Below, piece by piece: positions 7,462 through 15,122 of a stretch of 52,088 nucleotides of DNA. Made by a program: the position numbers and the translations under genes. Position 1 is the first letter of the stretch; every line of letters starts with the position of its first letter. The notes under the pieces are model-generated. The model worked only from the letters and a program-made list of their open reading frames with translations. It was not told the DNA's origin and ran no database searches. The stretch comes from a virus: the IMG/VR virus record IMGVR_UViG_3300035156_000020, positions 1-52,088 of that record. One strand, 5' to 3'.

Positions 7462-7510
7462 ATAACAGGTGGCTTAGGCCGCTATCATTAAACATTAAAC
7501 AAGGATTGAT

Positions 7511-8869
7511 ATGTGCGGTTTGGTTGGCATTGCAGGTGATTTGAACAACGTTCACGAGAAGGTGCTTAAAACCCTGCTCGTCCTCGATTCCCTCCGTGGT
7601 GAGGATTCGACTGGTGTTGCCTTCGTTAGCAAGTTCATGGATGAAGTGACGGTTGCCAAGTCGTTGGGTGACCCGTTCAACCTGTTCAACGATGGCAAGT
7701 TTCACAAGGCCCAACAGCGTCAGAATAAGGTGATGCTCGGCCACAACCGCTACGCTACCTCCGGTGGTGTCAACAAGGCGGGTGCCCATCCCTTCGACTA
7801 CGATACGCTGGTAGGTGCCCACAATGGCACTCTCGGCGCTCGTTATCGTCTGGATGATGACCGTGATTTCAAGGTGGACAGCCAGGCGCTCTATCACAAC
7901 ATCGAAAAGAACGGTGTTAAGGAAACCATCCGTCGCCTTGGTGGTCAAGGCAATGCATGGAGCTTGGTGTGGTGGGACAAGATTGAAAAGACCTTGAACT
8001 TCCTCCGCAATCAGGAACGTCCGATGCATATGTGCTCATCGGAAGATGGCAAGGCACTGTTTTGGGCATCGGAAGCTTGGATGTTGGATGTGGCCTTGGC
8101 TCGTCACAGCATCAAGCACAACGAAATCTTCCAGACCGCTGTAGACACTCACCTGAGCGTTTACATCAACAACAAGGGCGAGCTTGGCAAGCCTAAGGTT
8201 GTCGAAGTGAAGGCAGACCCCGTTGTTGTGCCGGTTGTGCAGATGTACCCACATGCCAAGCCTAAGCACATCCCGAAACCCCAACAACAGCAAAGCAATG
8301 TTGTTGTCCTGACCAAGGATGCACAGACCCCCGGTGAGGTGGGGCAGGCAAAAAAGTACGAAGCCGTAAATCCAAAAGGATCAGCATCAAACACCTCCTA
8401 TCTGTCAGCCACAATTGACCGCACCTTTGAAATCCTGTGCGAGAAGCGTGATGCTAACGGTGGCCGGTATCTGAGCCTGTTCGATGCGAACGAACCATAC
8501 ATTGACATTCGCCTCTATCCATGCAAGCAAGATGAAGTCTTGTTTCAATTGGAAGGCTCGGACATTCAAGGGCGTGTTACGAGCTTTGACAGCACGGATG
8601 GCGGCGCGCTGCGTCCCTACTACAAGGTGAGTCCTTGGACTGTCAAGTATGACGCCACCCTTGCCGAAGCAAACATTCCTGATGTCGTAATGGATCATCT
8701 TGGCCGTTTGGTTACGGCTAAGGAATGGAATAAGAATTACATTGCTTGCGCTTGGTGCAGCAGTGGTTTGAATCATCTGGAAGACAATCGCTTTACCGCT
8801 GGTGGTGATTGCCTTTGCCCTGCATGTGCAGCAGATGAAAAAGTAACTGAGAACGTCACCCTAATCTAA
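7511..8869 (+). CDS. Cassette gene 4: Ntn-type (class II) glutamine amidotransferase domain, fused to an unknown domain of about 220 aa with a terminal Cys4 zinc ribbon.
   Basis: Starts MCGLVGIAG (Cys directly after the initiator Met), then GHNRYATSG and GAHNGTL. The C-terminus has CAWCSS...CLCPAC. Confidence 0.85.
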   Translation: MCGLVGIAGDLNNVHEKVLKTLLVLDSLRGEDSTGVAFVSKFMDEVTVAKSLGDPFNLFNDGKFHKAQQRQNKVMLGHNRYATSGGVNKAGAHPFDYDTLVGAHNGTLGARYRLDDDRDFKVDSQALYHNIEKNGVKETIRRLGGQGNAWSLVWWDKIEKTLNFLRNQERPMHMCSSEDGKALFWASEAWMLDVALARHSIKHNEIFQTAVDTHLSVYINNKGELGKPKVVEVKADPVVVPVVQMYPHAKPKHIPKPQQQQSNVVVLTKDAQTPGEVGQAKKYEAVNPKGSASNTSYLSATIDRTFEILCEKRDANGGRYLSLFDANEPYIDIRLYPCKQDEVLFQLEGSDIQGRVTSFDSTDGGALRPYYKVSPWTVKYDATLAEANIPDVVMDHLGRLVTAKEWNKNYIACAWCSSGLNHLEDNRFTAGGDCLCPACAADEKVTENVTLI

Positions 8870-8880
8870 CGGAGTTTTAA

Positions 8881-9681
8881 ATGAGCAAACAGCAAATCCT
8901 GGTCGGCTGCGACCCTGAAGTTTTCGTCAAGAAGAATGGCATCTTCCAATCGGCCTATGGCCTGATTAAGGGGGACAAGGCCAACCCTCAACCTGTGGAA
9001 CGTGGTGCTGTCCAAGTGGATGGTATGGCTCTGGAATTCAATATCAACCCGGCTGCAACCGAGGCTGAATTTGTCCTGAGCGTCCAAACCGTGTTCGATA
9101 CCATGTGCAAGATGGTGCCGGGTTATGAAGTTGTTGCCGTGCCGGTGGCTGACTTCGATGCTGACTACCTGAAAGCCCAACCAAAAGAAGCATTGGAACT
9201 TGGTTGTGACCCCGATTATAACGCATGGACTTCCACTGTCAACCCCCGTCCTGATGGTGACCGTCCTATGCGTACTGCTTCGGGGCATGTCCATGTGGGC
9301 TGGACGAATGGCGAAGAGATTGGCAACCTCGATCATCAAAGCCGTTGCAACATGCTCATTCAGCAGCTTGACTTCTACTTGGGTCTGCCAAGCCTGATGT
9401 ACGACACGGATGCTCGTCGCCGTGAGATGTATGGCCGTGCGGGTGCATGCCGCTACAAGAGCTACGGTGTGGAATATCGCACCCTGTCGAATGCATGGCT
9501 CACCAGCAAGGAACGTATGGCATGGGTGTTCCGTGCTACCCAGGAAGCTGTTGCTCAGGCAATGGCAGGCAACCTGCTCGTGGAGAAGTTTGGTGACATC
9601 CAAGACATCATCAATACCTCCGATGTCAAGGGTGCCAAGCGCATCATCAAGGCTGCAAAGCTGGAGGTGTGTGGTGCTTGA
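8881..9681 (+). CDS. Cassette gene 5: glutamine-synthetase-fold COOH-NH2 ligase (the phage phiEco32-like COOH-NH2_lig family).
   Basis: N-terminal LVGCDPEVFV, plus MALEFNI and SGHVHVGW motifs recalled for this family. Confidence 0.75.
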   Translation: MSKQQILVGCDPEVFVKKNGIFQSAYGLIKGDKANPQPVERGAVQVDGMALEFNINPAATEAEFVLSVQTVFDTMCKMVPGYEVVAVPVADFDADYLKAQPKEALELGCDPDYNAWTSTVNPRPDGDRPMRTASGHVHVGWTNGEEIGNLDHQSRCNMLIQQLDFYLGLPSLMYDTDARRREMYGRAGACRYKSYGVEYRTLSNAWLTSKERMAWVFRATQEAVAQAMAGNLLVEKFGDIQDIINTSDVKGAKRIIKAAKLEVCGA

Positions 9682-9802
9682 GAAGTTTGTTAGCTGGTCA
9701 CTGGTCACCTTCGGGATCGTAGTGCTGGGGGCGTGTACGGTATGGGTTTGCGCCAACCTTGTTGACAGTATCTTTTCCCTTCCTTATTGGAGTGCTTGCT
9801 AA
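9674..9802 (+). CDS. Possible 42-aa membrane micro-protein (GTG start).
   Basis: GGAGG (9663-9667) lies 6 nt upstream of the GTG. Hydrophobic stretch SWSLVTFGIVVLGACTVWVCANLV. It exactly fills the gap between the two flanking genes. Confidence 0.35.
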   Translation: MLEKFVSWSLVTFGIVVLGACTVWVCANLVDSIFSLPYWSAC

Positions 9803-10432
9803 ATGCCATTAGAAGTTCCTGTAGACGACCTGCGCCGTGACTTCGTAGGTTGTGTGGTGATGTTCAAGAACAAGCCCGTGTACGTCCTCCATGTGTCTCT
9901 GGATGGCACTGTGATGTATCGGGATATGTTCAGCCAGCGTGACGAGATGGCCCCCTTCACCCTGAAGGAATTCGGCAAGCCTGTTCCTCGTATTGGCTTT
10001 GTCAACATCAACAACTCGGTGGTGTACGTTAGCCGTTCCCCTGTCCGTAAGTATTACATGGGGGTGAGCTTGCAGAACATCGAATGCAAACTGATTATGG
10101 GCGTGGACTACCCGAACGGTAGCCAAGCAACTAAGCAGCGCATTCAAACGCTGTGCATTCCCGAAATGGCAGACGCTATCACGAACAAATACCCATCCTT
10201 GGCTGATGCAGCCGAGAAGGTGAAGAAGTTCGGTGGTGCTTGTGCATTCGACAAGCAATTCGCAATCAGTGCTAACAAGGACATCTTCTACAAAGGTGAG
10301 CCTGTTGGCCTTTGTGCCCTCACTGCTAAAGGTACTGCTGATATTCAGTGGAACGAAGGCAAACAATATCTTTCAATTCTTTTGGACGGAAACCATGAAA
10401 AAACTGTACGAGATTTTAGGCCAGCGGCTTAA
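9803..10432 (+). CDS. Cassette gene 6: hypothetical protein, 209 aa.
   Basis: Track ORF. The ATG immediately follows the TAA of the micro-ORF. It overlaps the next gene by 38 nt. Confidence 0.7.
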   Translation: MPLEVPVDDLRRDFVGCVVMFKNKPVYVLHVSLDGTVMYRDMFSQRDEMAPFTLKEFGKPVPRIGFVNINNSVVYVSRSPVRKYYMGVSLQNIECKLIMGVDYPNGSQATKQRIQTLCIPEMADAITNKYPSLADAAEKVKKFGGACAFDKQFAISANKDIFYKGEPVGLCALTAKGTADIQWNEGKQYLSILLDGNHEKTVRDFRPAA

Positions 10433-11441
10433 CAAGGGTGATGTTGGCGTTGAGATTGAAGTCGAAGGTCAACGGTTGCCGGATGACGTTGACGCTCGTT
10501 GGAACGCTACCGTGGATGGCTCCCTTCGTGGTGAGAATCGGGAGTATGTCATGCGTAAGCCGTTGCCTCTTGCCGAGGTTAAGGATGCCCTGACCTGTCT
10601 CGCACAGAACCTGAAGGACAACAAGGCTAAGCCTGACTTCTCCTTCCGCACTTCGGTGCATGTCCACATCAACTGCCAGGAACTGACGTACAACCAATAC
10701 CTCAACTTCCTGTACACCTACTTCCTGCTGGAAGAACCCCTGATGACGTTCTGTGGTCGTGAACGTAAGGGCAATCGCTTCTGCCTCCGTCTGCAAGATG
10801 CAGAGGGCATGTTGGAAACGTTCAACCGGATGTTCCAGTTCCAGGAAGAGGATGGTTTTGCTCACATCCCGCCTAACAAGGTGCGCTATTCGGCTATGAA
10901 CATCGAAGCCACTACCAAGTACGGTAGCTTGGAGTTCCGTGGCATGAAGGGCAACATGGATGTGGACTACATCAACGATTGGGTGATGGCAATCAGCTAC
11001 CTGCGTGCCTTCGCTCAGTCGGTGGAAGACCCCACGAAGGTGTATGACCTGTACGCCGAACTGGAAGCACAGGGCTTCATGGAGCATGTTCTGAAAGAGC
11101 TTGCACCGAAGTTCTACTATGCCCGTGCCAGCCGTGATGTGCAGCGTAGCTTCTCCCTGTCGCTTGACCTGCCTTTCCGCTTCGGTGAACAGGCAGCGAT
11201 TCGTAAGGCTGCTCAGAAGCGTGTAGCCCCTCGTGCTCCAAAGGCGATGCGTGTCCCCGATGTCATTGAGCCTGTGCAGATGCCTGACCCGCAAGTGGTT
11301 CACGCTGGAATCATGCGTAACAACCCTGCTGCTGACATCCTTGCACAGTTCAACGACCCGTTTGCTCGTCGTCTGCGTGCCGATGCTGCCCCTCGTGCTG
11401 TTCCTGTCCGTCCCCGTGCAATCATCCGTGATGAGTTCTAA
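10395..11441 (+). CDS. Cassette gene 7: second, different glutamine-synthetase-fold amidoligase (Amidoligase_2-like).
   Basis: Internal ATG of track ORF 10233-11441. Motifs GVEIEVEG, DGSLRGENREYVM, SVHVHIN and GSLEFRGMKG. Confidence 0.8.
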   Translation: MKKLYEILGQRLNKGDVGVEIEVEGQRLPDDVDARWNATVDGSLRGENREYVMRKPLPLAEVKDALTCLAQNLKDNKAKPDFSFRTSVHVHINCQELTYNQYLNFLYTYFLLEEPLMTFCGRERKGNRFCLRLQDAEGMLETFNRMFQFQEEDGFAHIPPNKVRYSAMNIEATTKYGSLEFRGMKGNMDVDYINDWVMAISYLRAFAQSVEDPTKVYDLYAELEAQGFMEHVLKELAPKFYYARASRDVQRSFSLSLDLPFRFGEQAAIRKAAQKRVAPRAPKAMRVPDVIEPVQMPDPQVVHAGIMRNNPAADILAQFNDPFARRLRADAAPRAVPVRPRAIIRDEF

Positions 11442-11444
11442 TCC

Positions 11445-12194
11445 ATGAAAATCTACCCATACAAACAAGGGAGTAAGAGTGCTGCTGCTTTGGCTGCTGC
11501 ACTGAATGTCAAGCAATTGAAGCATGAGGGCAAGCCTATCAAGGTGAAGGGTGTCCTCATCAATTGGGGGGCATCGGTTATTGTCCCTCGTGTTGTCCTT
11601 GACGGAGGTGTTCAGGTGCTTAACGTACCTGGTGCCATTGCCAAGGCAAGTAACAAGCTGGCTTCCTTTAAAGCCCTCACTGAGGCAAAGGTGAGTGTCC
11701 CTGAGTGGACTGAAAGCAAAGATGTGGCTAAGGCTGCAATCGAAGCTGGCTTTGCTGTGGTGTGTCGCACCAAGTTGAATGGTCATAGCGGGGATGGCAT
11801 TGTTATTGCTGAAACCCTTGACCAACTCGTTGATGCTCCCCTCTACACCAACTACATCAAGAAGAAAGAGGAATACCGTATCCACGTATTCCAAGGGGAA
11901 GCTTTCTTCGTACAGCGTAAAGCTCGTAAGATGGAAGTGCCTGACGAACAAGTGAACTGGAAGGTTCGCAATCTGGCCGGTGGTTTTATCTTCGCTAACA
12001 AAGATGTGGAGGTTGCAGATGACGCACGAGTTCAAAGCATTGCTGCTGTGGGTGCTCTCTCCCTTGATTTCGGCGCTGTTGATGTCATTCTTGGCTCAGA
12101 TGGCAAGTTCTATGTCCTAGAAATCAACACGGCCTGTGGTCTTGAAGGAACCACCTTGGAGAAATATGTCCAGCAGTTCCAGAAATTCCAGTAA
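11445..12194 (+). CDS. Cassette gene 8: ATP-grasp ligase (RimK-like size).
   Basis: EEYRIHVFQGEAF, NLAGGFIF and DFGAVDVILGSDGKFYVLEINTACGL (the E-x-N metal-binding motif). Confidence 0.85.
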   Translation: MKIYPYKQGSKSAAALAAALNVKQLKHEGKPIKVKGVLINWGASVIVPRVVLDGGVQVLNVPGAIAKASNKLASFKALTEAKVSVPEWTESKDVAKAAIEAGFAVVCRTKLNGHSGDGIVIAETLDQLVDAPLYTNYIKKKEEYRIHVFQGEAFFVQRKARKMEVPDEQVNWKVRNLAGGFIFANKDVEVADDARVQSIAAVGALSLDFGAVDVILGSDGKFYVLEINTACGLEGTTLEKYVQQFQKFQ

Positions 12195-12221
12195 TAGCTC
12201 TTTCCCGTGAAAGGAGATTGA

Positions 12222-13862
12222 TTGCCAGGTATTTGCGTTGAGAAGATTGGAAGCATTCAGATTTTCTTGAAGGATGATGGGACGTATGACGGTTATGACT
12301 TCGCTAACAATAAATACATCCCTGACCCCTACAAGGATAAGCCAAAGGATTATCGGCCTGTAAAGCTTCGCAAGAGTAAGGAACAAATTGCAGCAGAGCT
12401 TGCGGAAATTGAGGACTTCCAGACGGTTGCCCTCCCTGACCGTAAGCTTAAGAAGGAGAGTCTTGAATACTTCGGTGTCAAGATTGGCCTGTCAGAACAG
12501 GACGGCACAACCCCCGTAACTCACTACTATCCCTATACCCGTGAGGGTGAGGTGGTGGGCTACAAGGTTAGGCTGATTGAAAACAAACGTATGTGGTCGG
12601 TGGGGGATCAAGGCAATGTCGATCTATTCGGGTGGGACAAGGCTATTGCGACAGGTGCGAAGAGACTTTACATCACTGAAGGTGAATGTGACGCCATCGC
12701 ACTGTATCAGATTTTTAAGGACATCAATCGCGGTAGTGCTTACGCTGATTTTAATCCTGCCATTGTTAGCTTGCCTCACGGTAGTGGGTCTGCTGCTCGT
12801 GACATCGTTCGGTGCAGTGAATCTATCCGCCGGACGTTCAAAGAAGTTGTTCTAGTCTTTGATGCTGACGAACCTGGTCAGAAAGCTGTACAGGAGGTTA
12901 TGGTTGTCCTCCCTGACGCAATGGTTGCCACCCTCCCCGCTAAGGATGCCAATGAATGCCTGATTGAAGGGCGTAGCAAGGCATGTCACTCTGCTTGTCA
13001 GTTCAATGCGAGCAAGCCCAAGAACAGCCGTATCGTGTCTGGAAGCTCTTTGCACGAGAAGGCTAAGGAAGCCCCTAGCTACGGGCTATCATGGCCTTGG
13101 AAGGGCATTACAGAGGCTTCTAGGGGCATTCGCTTCGGGGAAACAATCTACTTAGGTGCTGCTCAGAAAATGGGTAAGTCTGAGGTGGTTAATGCCCTAG
13201 GTGCTCACTTCATCAAGGAACACGGTTTGAAGGTGTTCATGGCGAAGCCTGAGGAAAACAATGCCAAGACGTACAAGCTTGTTGCAGGTAAGTTGTGTGG
13301 CAAGTTCTTCCATGATCCTAAGAAGCCTTTCGACATGGATGCGTATGAAGAGGCTGGCCGTGTAATCGCGGACAACCTATTCTTGGTAAACCTCTATCAA
13401 CACCTAGGCTGGGAAACTCTTAAAGCTGATATTCGTGAAGCTGCTACAGAGCATGGATGTAAAGTGATTATGATTGATCCGATTACCAACCTCACTAACG
13501 GGATGAGTGCTGCTGATGCAAACGTTAAGCTACAGGAGATTGCTCAGGAACTTAGTGCAATGGCGCTCGATCTTGATGTTGTTATTTTCATCTTCTGCCA
13601 CTTACGCAACCCTGACGGAGGTTTGCCACATGAGCGTGGAGGTGAAGTTCTTTCTAGTCAGTTTGCTGGCTCCCGTGCCATGGCTCGTAGCTGTAATTAC
13701 ATGCTCGGACTGGAAGGCAACCGTGATCCCAACCTCTCCCCCGAAGAACGAAACATCCGGCAGTTAGTATTGCTGGAGGATCGTGAATACGGTGAGGTGG
13801 GACGCTGGCCTATGTATTGGAACCAAGAGAATGGTTTGTTCCAGGAGCTTGCTAAGCATTAA
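12222..13862 (+). CDS. Bifunctional primase-helicase (T7 gp4-like: TOPRIM plus DnaB/RecA-type helicase). No N-terminal Cys4 finger seen.
   Basis: TTG start 5 nt after AAGGAG. TOPRIM motifs ITEGECDAIAL and VFDADEPGQKA. Walker A GAAQKMGKSE. Confidence 0.9.
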   Translation: MPGICVEKIGSIQIFLKDDGTYDGYDFANNKYIPDPYKDKPKDYRPVKLRKSKEQIAAELAEIEDFQTVALPDRKLKKESLEYFGVKIGLSEQDGTTPVTHYYPYTREGEVVGYKVRLIENKRMWSVGDQGNVDLFGWDKAIATGAKRLYITEGECDAIALYQIFKDINRGSAYADFNPAIVSLPHGSGSAARDIVRCSESIRRTFKEVVLVFDADEPGQKAVQEVMVVLPDAMVATLPAKDANECLIEGRSKACHSACQFNASKPKNSRIVSGSSLHEKAKEAPSYGLSWPWKGITEASRGIRFGETIYLGAAQKMGKSEVVNALGAHFIKEHGLKVFMAKPEENNAKTYKLVAGKLCGKFFHDPKKPFDMDAYEEAGRVIADNLFLVNLYQHLGWETLKADIREAATEHGCKVIMIDPITNLTNGMSAADANVKLQEIAQELSAMALDLDVVIFIFCHLRNPDGGLPHERGGEVLSSQFAGSRAMARSCNYMLGLEGNRDPNLSPEERNIRQLVLLEDREYGEVGRWPMYWNQENGLFQELAKH

Positions 13863-13921
13863 TGTCCAGTATCTCTGATATTCTGAGTATTGAGGGTACT
13901 AACATTAAACAGGCATGATTT

Positions 13922-14461
13922 ATGGCACAAGCTAAAGATGTAACGGGTTTAGTATTTGGACGACTCACCGCACGGAATAAGGAGGGCAAGGATAAGTTTG
14001 GAATCGCCCTCTGGAAATGTCGGTGTGAGTGTGGTAATGAAACAGTGGTGAGGCTTTGTGCCCTGTCCTGTGGATACACTCGATCCTGTGGTTGTCTAAA
14101 TAACGAAACGCGGAAGGTCAGTATGAGGGGCAACACTCACGCAAAGGTTCACAGCCTCTCAAAACACCCCCTGTATCCCACCTGGTCAACAATGAAACAA
14201 CGTTGTATCAACCCCAATCAGGGCAAGTATGCCTTGTATGGCGGTCGTGGTATTAAGGTGTGTGATGAGTGGATGAATTCTTTCCCAAAGTTTCTTGAAG
14301 ATATGGGGGAACGTCCTGAGGGATGCACCCTAAATCGGATAGATAACGACGGGAACTACTGTAAGGATAACTGCGAGTGGGCAACTCATTCAGACCAAAA
14401 CCGTAACCGCCGAGCGTATAAGCGCAATACTGGCTTGTTTAACGAACTACAGAGGACTTAA
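13922..14461 (+). CDS. Free-standing AP2/HNH-associated DNA-binding protein (homing-endonuclease-like).
   Basis: YGGRGIKVCDEW...FLEDMGERP...LNRIDNDGNYCKDNCEWAT signature plus an N-terminal Cys cluster CRCECG...CGC. Confidence 0.7.
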   Translation: MAQAKDVTGLVFGRLTARNKEGKDKFGIALWKCRCECGNETVVRLCALSCGYTRSCGCLNNETRKVSMRGNTHAKVHSLSKHPLYPTWSTMKQRCINPNQGKYALYGGRGIKVCDEWMNSFPKFLEDMGERPEGCTLNRIDNDGNYCKDNCEWATHSDQNRNRRAYKRNTGLFNELQRT

Positions 14462-14652
14462 TGAGAGAAATTCTTGGCTACTCGTTGGTGGAAGATAAGG
14501 GGGACGGTGAGAGTTGTGTCCACTATTACAAAACTCTTGAAGCAGCACAGGCCCATTACGATTGGGTTTGGGCAGAGTTTGGATATGGAGCAGAAGAACC
14601 CTCCGCTGTTACCCCTTCCGACTTTGAAGACGAGTTTGTAAAGCCTTGGTAA
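14461..14652 (+). CDS. Hypothetical acidic protein, 63 aa.
   Basis: Track ORF. TAATG coupling to the upstream gene. Confidence 0.55.
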   Translation: MREILGYSLVEDKGDGESCVHYYKTLEAAQAHYDWVWAEFGYGAEEPSAVTPSDFEDEFVKPW

Positions 14653-15122
14653 ACAAGGTATTAGAAGATCACTTCAAAGCCAACTACGGCAGGCTGATGA
14701 AGCGCATGAGATTCCGTGCTGGTACGGACTGGGATGCGGAGGATGTAATCCAGGAGGCTTATTGTCGTGCTCTGAAGTATTTCAAGACGTATGACGGTGA
14801 GCATCTTGACCAGTGGTTCAGCACTATCCTTAATAACACGTTCAGGGATTACAAAAGGAATGAGAGGGGTTTTAGTACCATATCGTTTGAGGAAGAAGAA
14901 CTTGACGGTGTGGCCTGTAGCTCTGTTCCTGATCGTGTTATGTTTGAAATTAAGCAGCGTATTGAAGGCAAGCCTCCTGAACAGCGGGAGGTGTTGCATC
15001 GGTATTTTCTTGAGAGTTATACGGTGAGGGAGATTTCTGAAATCACTGGATACGCTCTTGAGGCTGCGTTCAAGCTGGTTAAACGCTTCAAGACTAATGA
15101 ATTGGAGGGCAGGTATGCGTAA
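14646..15122 (+). CDS. Sigma-70 family (ECF-like) sigma factor.
   Basis: Region-2-like DAEDVIQEAYCRALKYF and region-4 helix-turn-helix-like REVLHRYFLESYTVREISEITGYALEAAFKLVKR. TTG start overlaps the upstream stop. Confidence 0.7.
   Translation: MVNKVLEDHFKANYGRLMKRMRFRAGTDWDAEDVIQEAYCRALKYFKTYDGEHLDQWFSTILNNTFRDYKRNERGFSTISFEEEELDGVACSSVPDRVMFEIKQRIEGKPPEQREVLHRYFLESYTVREISEITGYALEAAFKLVKRFKTNELEGRYA

Noticed and set aside
536-13091. The GCTATCA enrichment explained purely as codon usage (GCT-ATC = Ala-Ile).
   Set aside because: This explains only part of it. About seven coding copies are in-frame Ala-Ile, but others are out of frame or antisense to a gene, and five lie in non-coding DNA. 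It is therefore kept as a finding, with this caveat.
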